A stretch of DNA of 64,000 nucleotides from Orbicella franksi (taxonomy: Eukaryota): positions 26,412,001-26,476,000 of the forward strand of contig OZ116708.1 in NCBI GenBank assembly GCA_964199315.1, in the 5' to 3' direction. The notes beneath the pieces are model-generated. The model was not told the origin of the DNA, made no database searches, and saw only the letters and a program-made list of their open reading frames with translations. Each line of letters starts with the position of its first letter. The first letter of the stretch is position 1. A program made the translations under genes and the position numbers. Below, piece after piece: positions 24,715-36,730 of this stretch.

Positions 24715-27598
24715 ACCAAAAATTCGTACTTTGCTTCGTAACTGTTGAAATTTAGAAGACAAGTTGGTCCACTATGTGAAACAGCTGAAATATTTTCTCC
24801 CCCAAGTGAAATACAAAATTTGGACGAATTTCAAAAACAGACTGTCACGTCAATACCTGAATTATTTTCAGATATCGAGGCGTCAAGCTCTTTCTCGGTA
24901 GAGAGAAAATCATTTCCTAGTCCAGTAATAAAAAATAGACAATTAGCTTGCATCTTTTTTGTCTCAGGACTTTGTATCCTTTTAATTTCATAAACTTTGC
25001 CAGTGAGTATTCAATCAAATTTCTTTTCAGCGTGGAGATAAGGTTGGCATTAAGGAAAGCCATACCCTCGTTCCAAAAGTCCTATCGACCGTTGGCCAGG
25101 AATCGTTCCGTACAATATAGCTTTATTAACCGAGCAGGAGTTCTGTATGGAAGAATCCTGACCGATGAGTACAGACTGAACGCAGTGAGGTCTATACACA
25201 CGACCGAGGTCAATATTTTCCCATACAGACCTACTAAGCTCGGTTTATATAAAATGTTTATTACATGGCAAACAATTCGTTTAACGTAACTGGTTTGTAT
25301 TAGCTGACATTTAGCTTGCGAACGACGATGAGCTGAACTTAAATCTGCCAAAGTTTGCTCGTCCTCTTTACTTTTTTTGTTTTTGTCATCAGGCTTTTTG
25401 GCACTTCCATGGAACTAATATTTTTAGAACAAAATAGTCAATATTTTTGTATTTTAGTTTGCAACTTTTTCACCCCAAAATGTAGATGGGAAAATCTGGC
25501 CCGCGGTCAATATCGATTTCAGCCACTCAAATTCGTGAATTCGGTAGTTGCCAGTCCTTGTGAGACGTAGCCATATAATAATACAGCGTTCAAAGCAAGA
25601 AATACCGTCAGTGATTCGATTTAGCGCCTTTTTTCCTATAAGCGCCGCTGTAGGGAAAAGTGACATTTAAGACATTGACAAATGGAATTACCAGACGAAT
25701 GAATTATGAAGTCTACTTCTAATGTGAACGTAATATTGAACATTAACCATCAGGGCTCCTATTGTTACCGTTCTTGAGGAAAAGTATCTGTTGCTTTTCA
25801 TTAATGTATTCAACCACATACAGAAACATAATGTTAAAAAAGAAATGAGTGCCTCCTCTCCAATACGCGCGCTCCCTTAAGCTTTTAGGGCCCCGTGCGC
25901 TAAGTCGGATCGTTAACGTAGTCACAAAAGATCACAGCTGTATTAATGATGACTAAAACCAATCGTGACTTGCTTACGGGTATATTCCTACACCCAACAC
26001 CTGTAAAATGTTATTATGCGCTAGCTGTGCTGCCTGTTAACAAGCACTAGCAAACGGTTACACGTTTTCTCGCTAGCAACCGGGAAAACTTGTAACTATT
26101 ACTTCCGCTGTAATTGGTCACAAGTGATTAAAGAATGACTGTCGTAGTGAGTAAACAAACGAGGTAAACAAATTGAGAAGTCACAATCTCTCACCGCCAG
26201 AGGCAGGCTAGAAGGACAAACACACCAGAAGCGAAGCGTAGTATATATTACGTTGTTTGTAGAGATTTGAGTGTGTGGTATTACTATTTGTGGATATTTA
26301 GGTTAATTAGGGCTTCCTATAGCTGCTTGTTTGTAAAAACAACAACAAACAAAGAAATAAACAGATAAGTAGTTAAAATGTACGTCGATACTAGACTCAT
26401 ACCGTCCAATAAGAGATTCGTTATCCAACATTTGTCGTTTTGAAAACCAGACTAACCTGTGTTTTACTGGTGTGCGTGGTGCGAAGAATGACAGAGAACT
26501 ATAACTAACCGGTTTGTATCCGTTTCGCACATCTTTCAGTGAAGTTGGAAAGTATAAACAGGTTTCTTTTTTTAGTTTCTAAATTTCTTTTGTTGATTGG
26601 AATGATTTTCTCTTTCCGAATTAATGATTCAAAGAATACAAGTCACACCAATTTTTTTAAATAAGTTTAAACGTTGTACTGAACAGTTTGAATCAAACCA
26701 TTTCAAGTGATACAAATGACACTAAAAATTACACTATCTACAGATTAACGTCTCTCGTCAAATAGCATAGTTACAAAGGGCTAAAAGTTACATCAGTGAA
26801 CAACCATATAACAAATGCTACATTTAAAAGCTCCATGCAAAATCTATTACAATCAACATTTTTTTTCAAAAACTACTCTATCGCATAAAATACAGGTAGC
26901 AAGTCGAAGAAAATATACAAATACAAAACTGGATCATTGGATTGTGCAAATCCAGAATTTTCATTGGCTATCGCTTAGCCATCATGGCATATGAGCGATT
27001 ATACCATAATCTAAAATTTGGTATGTGTCAGCTTAATTTGGGGGGGCGTTTTCACTGTTATTTTATTTTATTTTTCTCTTTTTTTAATAAAATAATTATT
27101 CCACTCGCGCTTGCTGGGTATCAGATAACTATATCCAACTCGGCGCTAGGCGCCTCGTTGGCTATCTCATCTCATATCCAACGTGGTTGACTGTGAGCGC
27201 TCCTGTGCCCCATTTGGAAACTCAAAAACAAGATTTTTTATTGATTTTCCTCGTTTTTCCAGGCCCTGGGACGCGTATTATCTGAATAAACGGTCGAATA
27301 AGGTGTTTATACTCGTGACTTTTCTGAATCAGTGACCAACACAGCTGAGGAAGGCAAAGCCGCCGAAACACAATGCTCCGAGCACAATGTAATATTTCGG
27401 TCGGCCGACGGTGATTATATATCGCTTTAAGCTAACCATTAACTACGCATATTCAACAGTTTTGCCAGCAGAGAGCAATCGTGAAAAATGTTAGCCAGCA
27501 TCAACAAATCAGTATTATGCTTGTGAACGTCTCCTTACAAATGAGTTAACCGACAAAAAAATTCAAAAATAACAATAACAACAGCAACTTATCGTCAG

Positions 27599-28094
27599 TT
27601 AGTCGGAAAATTCAATTTTCAGAAACAATTTGTCGTTCTTTACGTAATCAGGACCAAAGACCTGCTCAATCGGAGCGAACTTTACAAAACCACATCCTTT
27701 AGGGCAAATGGCTTCCCTGGGCCTGTGAAATGCAGATACATTTGGCGTGGCTTGCACGAGCTGACTGATGTCGTTGTGTTTGGCACCACTCCGATCCAAG
27801 ATCGATAACGTGATTGTTCCAGTGAAAGGCCACTGTAAAAGATCATCATGTTCACCCTCCATCATGTGGACAAAGATGGCCACATATCTGCCTCTTCCAT
27901 TATCCACTCCACTGAGATAAACTCTTATTCCAAACTTGTATTCATAGCTATCAGTATGAATGGCTGAACTGAAGAAAACCATTGGCTCGCCATTTACGTC
28001 ACCTTGGCGACGCTGTTGAACTTCTGGTATTTCCAGAATAAAAAAAGTTTCCCTTGGATTCTTCTTGCTTCTCGTGGCCTTTTGTGGCTTGGCC
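27599..28094 (-). CDS. Terminal exon of TRAF6-like gene B: MATH/TRAF-C domain, intact
   Basis: Acceptor tgtattttattctcag|G (phase 2). YEYKFGIRVYL..VAIFVHMMEGEHDDLLQWPFTGTITLSILD..AFHRP..PKGCGFVKF..YVKNDKLFLKIEFSD* parallels TRAF6 FVHTMQGEYD..WPFQGTIRLTILD..AFQRP..PKGFGY..FIKDD. Confidence 0.92.
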
Positions 28095-28353
28095 CTGAGA
28101 ATAAAATACAATACCCATTATTTACATTACACTATTCCTCTTTAAGATCATATAACGGTGTGAATGTTGTTGATTAAAGCTATCGTTATCACTTCTTTAG
28201 TCATAGTTTACTGTTTATTCGATACAATGTAGTATTCGATATAAAGTAGCTAGTTAAAAAAAATAGTGATGTTGCCTCCAGTCACAGGACATAACATAAA
28301 TGACCCTGTATTTTATTTCCAATAGGAATGTAGTAGACGTAACATCAGCTTGC

Positions 28354-29108
28354 CTGTCAGATTCCTGTCTCCATAGTTGTAGTTTCTGTTGACTACAGGT
28401 ATGCTCCACAGCCTGTTCCCTCTCACCAGTGGAACTCACTGCATTTATGTCTGCACCATTTAGCTGCTGGTGACATGGAGGCAGGTCTTCGTGTACATCT
28501 GGCGTCCGCTCTGCAAAAGGTGCGGTCTCCTGAATAGGGTAAGGCAGTTCCTGTCTATCTTGGTTCTGGCGTGTATCCAGGCCCACCTCCTGAGTGGGGT
28601 GGCTCAGTGCATTAGCCTGTGCACTCTGCTGGTAACTGGACTGCTGTTGTTGTCCATTCACCAGCTGACATGCAGCCGGGTCTTGGATGGAGGATTCTTC
28701 TCTGGATATGACCTCTCCACCATTTAACATGGATTGGTTCACACCACTGCTTCCTCCAACATCGCTCCGCTGGTAAACTGGCTGCCTCTCACGCGTATTC
28801 AGCAAATTTCCTTCGGTCTCTTCCGTTTCTGGGATGGGGCTAGATACTTCACTGGCTTGTCCACCGGTTGCCCTGAGGTAGGTTCGTCCATTAACCTGAC
28901 CATCATCGCCCTGCTGGTTGGTCGGATGCCGCTCTTGATTGAGGGATTGCCCCGTCTCCACGTCAGGAAGAGATGGTCCAACACCCTGCTCATCATTTCC
29001 CTGCTGATAACCTGGCTGTTGCCCTTGCTCAGGGATCCCCTGCACGGCGGGTGGCTCAGCTGGAGGAGTGTTGTCGCTCGTGACGCAGCCCTGACCACCA
29101 TCTCTGCG
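28354..29108 (-). CDS. Q/G/S-rich disordered internal exon of gene B
   Basis: Acceptor tttatttattctag|CGC (phase 0); 755 nt open; predicted GC donor GAC AG|GCAAGC (phase 2, matches the MATH acceptor). Clear paralog at 60989-61884. Confidence 0.8.
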
Positions 29109-29132
29109 CTAGAATAAATAAAATACTTAAGT

Positions 29133-29309
29133 AATAGACCACACGTTTTTATGGTTTATAGGCTGATAAACCACGCGGGATGTTGCAAGAACACGAGAAG
29201 AATCCGTAAATTACGAGCCGCAGACGAGTGATTTACGAATTCTTCGAGTGTTCTTCCAACGTCCCAAGTGGTTTATCAGCCTATAAACCATAGAAACTTG
29301 TGGTCTATT
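29133..29309. mobile_element. Palindromic MITE-like element 25 nt upstream of the gene B acceptor
   Basis: aatagaccac..tatggtttataggctgataaaccac / gtggtttatcagcctataaaccata..gtggtctatt inverted arms. Confidence 0.75.
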
Positions 29310-31283
29310 GCTTTTATGTATTAATTCAGAAGACACGCGAAATTTCCATGAGTTTACTGGCAGAATAAACCATGGCTGATTGACCAATCAGAGCGCGCGC
29401 ATTCATTTAATTATTATATAAAAGCAAATGACCTCATGCATTTAGCACTGTTGTGCTAATTGAGGACAGTACAAACAAATACTACGAATAGGACAGAAGC
29501 AGAAACGGCTTCACACCCACGGCGACAATGTCGAGAACAGCGAAGACAGCTTTGAAAAATTGAATTTTGAACTACCATCAATGGAAGAGACACGAAAATT
29601 GAACAGTCTGAATATAAAAGTAATGGGTGATTTATTGTTTTTTTTCATGAAATCAATTTGCACTACGTTGTAGTCGGCCGGCAGAAGGCCCAATTCACTT
29701 TTGGCAAGATACTAACTTCATATCCCAACACTTACAGAGAGAAGTCGTGTTGAACACAAAAAACGTCAGTGAGATGTAGAAGGTCGTGAACACGTCCCAG
29801 CCGCACCGCTGGACTTTAAAGCACGTTAGAAGCTAATGTGTGAGTACGATTGCGCTAAAAAAAAAAATAGATGATAAGTATCGGCAAGAGGCCGATAGAT
29901 TTCCCATGGAAGCCCTCCGCCGACAACAACTCCAGATTGGGCTCAAACAACAATATAAAATCATACCTATCTTCGCCGTTCGCACTCAAACTTACTGAAG
30001 AATTCACCACCGCCAGTACTTTCGCCATGAATGTGAAGTACCGCTGTTTATTTGACCGAAGTCTATTGCCAAGAGCGGTTTGATTTCGGTGGTCCCGTAG
30101 CAGTAAATGTTTCATTACTTCAGGGGTCTTGACTTTCGGTGGTGTGGATCGACTTCGAGCGAATCGAGTCGAATCGTCAGGCACCTCAGACGAATGGACA
30201 AAGTTTGGGTATATTAGACATGGTTCATCTCGAAATAATTTTGTCTTGAGAAATCTGCTTTCCCTTAGCTATAAAATAGCACATTACGCTAAAAATCCCT
30301 TCTAAAACCATTAGAGACTTTAAGCAAATCGCTACGGCTGGCGCTGACACGGCTGCCGGAAGTAAATTTCCCCCAAAATGAGATAATGCGCACGTACGTC
30401 GGTTGCATCGAGCCGTATAGTGAAATCTGACTACGTGAGTCGCGATGTTTTGCCGTAGTGGCTACAACGTCGGGTTTATTTCGCTTCTCTGGCCCTTTTC
30501 AACGGACATCTCAGCATTTTAAGAATTCCAATGGATACTATATCCTTTAAAGTCAATTTAAGTCAAAGATTGTGTCAAGGTTACCTTTCATAAGCTTGTA
30601 AATCCGTATCCTGAATTTACGATAAGTTTTGGCAAAGGTGTTGGAATGGCGAAGTGAGTCAAGTGAAATATTCTTCTTGAGCACGAGCTTGTTTTTCTTC
30701 GGTTAAGTTTGCTTTGAGGGTTTAGTGAAGATGTTTTATATCTGTATAACTATACGATGCTATTTTGCTTCTTTGAGTATTGATATATTTGTGTTCTTAA
30801 CTCGATATTCTTTGAGATATTTGTCTCAGAAACTATATATTTCATCCATCAAATTGTTATGGAACAAAGTGTCTGGCATTCGCTTTCGCTCAGAAATAAT
30901 CTGTTCGTCCTAGGAAGACGAATAACGGCCATCGTCCTTTGAGCGAAGCCATTTGGCTGTGAGAAACTAAATAAAAGAGATCCTAGACTCCTTAGCCGAT
31001 GTTTCTTTCATCTTTGTATTTCGCTTTACTCGCTAAACTTAAAAATTTGGCAGACCACCGAGACGTGCTCTCCCCAGACCTTTTCAGTCACGGCAGCCGT
31101 AGTAGCACCAGCCGTAGTGATTTGCCTAAACTCCCTATTATTTTAGCCGATACGGAAAAGCAATCTTACATATACACATGTGCAGCGCGTGGTAGTGTCC
31201 CTTTCAAGTTTAATCACAGAAGCGCCGTTCGGTAAAGCATAGAGAGAAGATAACTGAAAATAAGATTAACATTTTGAACTTAC

Positions 31284-31362
31284 AATGGAGTCACTGACTG
31301 ATTCATGTAAATGATTAGGGAATGGCATTTTCGCTGCTCCAGATAGAAAACTTCGCTCGTCG
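31284..31362 (-). CDS. Candidate small linker exon (phase 2 to phase 0) of gene B
   Basis: Strong donor ATT|GTAAGT; 79 nt open (DERSFLSGAAKMPFPNHLHESVSDSI); phase-compatible with both neighbours. The acceptor lacks a good pyrimidine tract. Confidence 0.3.
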
Positions 31363-33193
31363 CTGGAGTTTGTATCCACTGGCACAGGCAAATTCAAATG
31401 TCACATCCTTATTTGCGAAGCTGGGGTTTTATTCAAATCCAGCACGCGGGTGTACCTTTAGCGCTTGTCCAGTGGTTCTTTCCCAATGATGTCAATGATC
31501 ACCTCTATTATGGGAAGGCCCCAGTGAACGTTGATAATATTATTCGATGGGGTACATTTGCATTGGCATTATAAATCCAGCAAGTGGGTGTAATCGAGCA
31601 TCAAAAAATGGTTTACTTTTCGCGCGTGTCCGCTGGTTCTTTCCCAGATATGACTTGTTGAGATCACCTTTCTTCTGGGAAAGCCCCAGTGAACGCTGAT
31701 ATATATTTTTCGATAGGAAACATTTGTATTGACGTCAGCAAGCTTTAGCGGACCAATCAAAGGAATCGTTCTCTTTCGTAGCTATAGGAACAAATAATCC
31801 GTGAACAAACCAACAAACCGATCAGGATAGAGATCGATGGCGTCCACTTTTCGCCCTTTAAGGCCTCGTTTTCCAACCATGTACCCCCTGCTAATAATTA
31901 TTGCACAGTGGTTACATATATTACCCGCTTTCAGAGACCAACCAGCCAAAAACAGACTGCTTCACGATTTAGTTGCAATCATATTTACTGAAAGGAAATG
32001 CACTGTTTAGCAATACGCAAAGAGGTATATGCTTACATACTATCTGGCTAAGAATTCCATATTTACCTCTAACTCTAATGGAGGTTCATTATCAACAGGG
32101 CATCTGCCTGGGCCATTCCTTCAAAAGAGTAAAAATTGAAGGTTACATTGAAGACATTTCTGACATTGTCTAAAATTATTTTTGTTATCTTGACTTTTGT
32201 AATTGCATGCGCTCTTTGTATTACTTTTGCCAGTAAAATTGCTTGCTCTGGTTTGCGGCGCAACAAGTTCTTTCACCCAGTGAAATGTCAGCGTAACCAT
32301 GGTAACAAGATGAAAAGGAAATCGAAAGCGGAAACAATTATAATATTAGGTCTAGACAGATCATCGGATTGTTTCGAAGCACTGCGGCAATGTCGTATTC
32401 AGTTTCTAGTTATTTGTTCTTCTCGAAAAATCTTCAACATAAACGGTGATTTTCGACAAGAAATGAAAGCTCCAATGATCTTTTCAGGAAAACTCGTGAT
32501 TCTTCGTGGAGTCACTGACCGGACGGCCATTGACGCCAGCGTGGTTTTCAATTTTTTCTCTTTACTAGGCCAAGACCGATATAAATCTTTCGACGTACTT
32601 GCGTTCTTAAATCAATCTAAGTGTTCAATTAACAATACTTCAAAACCTCATTAATCATTGAGATAATTCTTAAAAGAAATACAGCTTTCCTCCCCTCCCC
32701 GTTTCAGAAATTTTTGAAGTTTTTCGGGCAAAACGCTGGTGATTCGGGCAAAAGTACTCGGGAGAAAACATTCTATAAGGCTGTCAGGGCCAGGCTTGTA
32801 GGCTACTTTCTCTGACGTTTTTGTTTTTACTGCTATTTGAGTGTGCTTGATCAACACGCATGCTTTCGGGCATTGTGTAATTATCTTCGGGCAACAGGGT
32901 CACAATCAAAAATCTAACGCAAATAGAGGAAGCTAATTGAGGTTATTCCTGCCAATAGGCGGATCTTTCAGTGACGTCATTGCCGTTTACAAAATTCCTC
33001 ATTAGCATACGATTTGACTCACAGAAGCCGTGGCGTATATATGAACTAAATGCAAAAGTTGATAAAGCTGATTAAGTTGAGCAATTTGTGCAATTCTCAG
33101 CTCCTTACAAGCAAAATTGAAGGAAATATCAGCCATCAAAAACTGCAAAATTGCTATGTGGCAAAAAAGTTAACGAGCCATACATTTCTCTGT

Positions 33194-33227
<34 letters not shown>

Positions 33228-33335
33228 AACCATTCCGTGTATTGGGCTCAAATTTTCAGAGGTAACTGAAACTGTTATGCCCTTTCAATATTTAGAGTTT
33301 TTCTTTCATCAGCGTGATCAGACAGTGATAAGCAA

Positions 33336-33376
<41 letters not shown>

Positions 33377-33384
33377 GCTCCTAC

Positions 33385-33470
33385 CTGTTTTCCAATAGTT
33401 CTCTTGGACGCTCACCGAGTCCCTCCGAATTGCTAGGTCTAGCAGAATCACAACTCCCCACAGAAATCAT
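33385..33470 (-). CDS. Short first exon copy B1
   Basis: 86 nt, MISVGSCDSARPSNSEGLGERPRELLENR, donor AG|GTAGGA. Confidence 0.65.
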
Positions 33471-33585
33471 GACGCTCAACTGGGAAAAAACTATCAACTT
33501 AAGATTTCTATTACTTCAGCGTGACTTTTCTACGAAGACGTAGGCGAGGACAACAACGAGAAAACCGCAGTGAGCAACTTCTTTT

Positions 33586-34022
33586 ATATTATTAGTCAAT
33601 ACAAGAAATCAGCCAGATTAGTCATTGGTCACTTGCACTAGACCGCATCGCCTACTGTCCACTTACAGCACTCTGATGACAACCTTTCTCGAGATAGACC
33701 AATCAGATGAAGCTGAATGAAACTTTTTCATGGATTGAAATTGCTCAAATGTCACGCAGGTCAAACCACATGGTGGCACGCCGTAAACATTGATCAACTT
33801 TTTTTACATTATTAGTCACATACAAGAAATCAGCCAGATTAGTCATTGGTCACTTGCACTAGACCGCATCGCCTACTGCTCACTCACAGCACTCTGATGA
33901 CAACCTTTCTCGAGATAGACCAATCAGATGAAGTTGAATGAAACTTTTTCATGGATTGAAATTGCTCAAATGTCACGCAGGTCAAACCACATGGTGGCAC
34001 GCCGTAAACATTGATCAACTTT
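33586..34022. repeat. 221-bp direct tandem duplication upstream of B1
   Basis: 'aagaaatcagcc' at 33603 and 33824. Each unit carries an ATTGG and a CCAATCAG. Confidence 0.9.
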
Positions 34023-34559
34023 TGTTTTGTGACCACCAATCTGTTAAATTGCCGGATTAAATTACCAAAAAAGAAATGTACTTTTCAGCCCTGCACAAAA
34101 CGATGTGCGCTTACATATCTATGGCAAATAACTCCATATTTACCTACTGGAGGTTCGTTATCAACAGGGAATCTGCCGTGAGCCATTATCCCTTCAAAAG
34201 GTAAAAATTGAAGGCTACTTGGAACACATCCACGGCATCGCCTTATATTGTAGCGAAAGTTACAGAGTACATTTGTGTCCGACCCTACCCCCCTTACAGT
34301 AGATATGGTCACGTGTTTTTGTTGGATGTGTATTAAAAACATGGCCGCTCATTGCTAGCTTGGTTGAGTTCTGAAGCGTAAGAAATGGCAACATCACAAT
34401 ATTATATTCTATCTTGACTCTTCTATTGTGTTTTTATTTTGGACATATTAATTAATAAGGCTTTCGTTATTTTTCCAATTTCCAGTGTTGCAGTTTTTGT
34501 TTGCAACTGAACGCGTTTCTTTTAATAAATTAAATATGTTAGCGTAACCATGGTAACCA

Positions 34560-36730
34560 GCATTCCCGAAATGTATATTTTTGACGTTACTTTAGAAAGG
34601 AATATTTTACGTCTAGACAGATCATCAAATTGTTTCGATGCATTGCGGCATTGTCGTATTCAGTTCCCAGTTATTTGTTTTTCTGGAAAGCTTCAGCAAG
34701 TGTTTTTCGACGAAAAATGAAAGCCCCAGCTTTATCTGGCAAACGGCTTTGTGGAATAACTGATGACCACTGACGGCAGCGTCTTTTCGTCGAACACCTC
34801 TAACTAGCCGTGACCACTAGTAATATTTGCATGGCCAGGGACGCCGAGCTTCCAGTTGTTTTATTGGGGAATAACTGTGGTTTGTGGACAGTTGTAGCAC
34901 TGATCGTCGTAGTAACCAACGAAAAGTTAAAGTTCTCATACTTGTCAGCGACATTGCGAGTCGCCATTAAAACGAGCGAAGTGGCAAAGATCGATAGCGA
35001 TCGGTTGTATTCGATCGAAGACATCAACAAAACGCTTGGCGTTTCTACTTTGGGACTTTTCACCGCAACAAACTATACTCTGAAGACCTTCTGGAGAGGA
35101 AAAACTTTCAAGTGTGTGTATCCATGATTTTTACTGACCACAAGGTGATATTAAATGTTTTAAGCTTATCTAGTGCAAATAGTTTTTAAAAACAATTTTG
35201 AATTGTAATTTTGTATACCTTACATTTTTCGTTTGATCGCTCTAGCGACATAGGTTCGCCACTTAAGTTCGATTTCTAACATGGCTTTAAAGCCGACATT
35301 GCTCTTGCTAGGACTTCCGTGTGTAAAAGACACCCATCTATCAAACATTGCGTGCTCTAAACAGCTCCATGTTACATACCTGCAGCTTTAAACATTCAAT
35401 GATTATCGTTCTTCTAAGAGTTGAATCTGAGCACGTCAGAGTATGTAACGGTTCAATAAATGTTAGGTATAAACCCAATTTTTGAACTGCACCATTTTAC
35501 AGCAATTTTTGAACTCATATGCTCTAAGTTGCATAGTGTTTCAGCGGAAATATTCAGAGTAAATTCAATTCAAGCTTCGCCAGCATACAATACGGCTAAT
35601 TTTTCATTTTGGAACTGAACGCATTCGTAGCATATTCAACCGACACAAAAGCTATACCGACAGAGACACACGAAGAGATCTAGATAACTGCGAAATTCTG
35701 AAGTAGAATATAAATACCTTTTCTGATAGTCGTCGTCCTCGCCTTTGCCATGGTATATGCATATGGTCCCTAGTTTTACCGAAACGGCGGTTCAATAAAT
35801 TTTATGCGAAAAGGACATTGTCGAAATGCACTATTTCACACACTGCACGGTGTTTGAGCTAATAAACTCGACAAATTGCATCGTGTTATTTAAAGCGGAT
35901 TCGAAATATTCAGCCGAGGGTGTTTGCCGAAGCCGAGATTCGCCAAACACGTAGATACCAGTCTGCCCTATCATAAGTGAAGTATTCCCTAAAGTAAAAT
36001 CTTAGAATGCCATTTTATTTGCAACATTACATATTCAACATATCTAAAATTGAGAAAATTTAGGTTTATATTTGGTATAACGGTGTCAGAAAACTCATTA
36101 CGCAAGCCAGCATAAAGATACGACCTCACTAGTTGTACAATCAGCAATATAGTCCAATTAATCAGCGGATATTTCTAAGATCAGTCAGCAAATACTTTCG
36201 CGTGCTATGTCTTAAGATTTTGTTAAGTTTTAGGCATTGCTACTTTTCCTGTTGCTCTTTGAATAATAAGTTGACTTCGTTGACTTCGTTCCTTCGCAAA
36301 GATCTTTATCTACACGTTCGTGTCAAAACTTTTATTCTAAACTAAGTGAGAGAGAAATTACCGAATATTCCTTGCTGTTTGAAAGATATGCAAGTAACAC
36401 AGCTCTTGCAAAATGTAAATACTAGCTGCAGTATGAAGAGGTCATGTTGTTAATACGACCTTGGGATAGAGTATATTATTTTATTTGCAATTTTAAGTTC
36501 GAACCTGGCATGTAACTAACTCGTTTTGATACCTGTCAAATTTTGATCTTAAGTGTAATTTTTTCCGTTTGTTACTTTGCTAAAACAACTAAAAAACATA
36601 GGAGTCAAATCAGTATAGATTGAATTCAAGTTTCAGGAGTTTATTGTCCAAATCGTACACATTTTCAAACTCTCATAATGGGAGAAAAATTGCTGAAGTT
36701 TTCTGCAAATTCACTGCCGATTCGCCATCG
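34560..36730. repeat. Diverged copy of the RING-array spacer blocks inside the B array
   Basis: 34560-35180 matches 6250-6920; 35300-35600 matches 7030-7300; 36000-36190 matches 1660-1835; 36340-36730 matches 17290-17510 joined to 18690-18810. Confidence 0.75.

Noticed and set aside
28470-29117. Plus-strand ORFs 28470-28727, 28734-29117 and 61507-61830, and the alternative minus frame 28799-29101
   Set aside because: These are shadows of the GC-richer Q-rich exon; the alternative frame is broken by stops in the other paralog.
29855-30184. 109-aa minus-strand ORF with donor-like sites, as the missing linker exon
   Set aside because: It has a phase-0 donor (TCA|GTAAGT), but I found no phase-2 acceptor in frame and no recognisable homology. 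It is unresolved rather than excluded.
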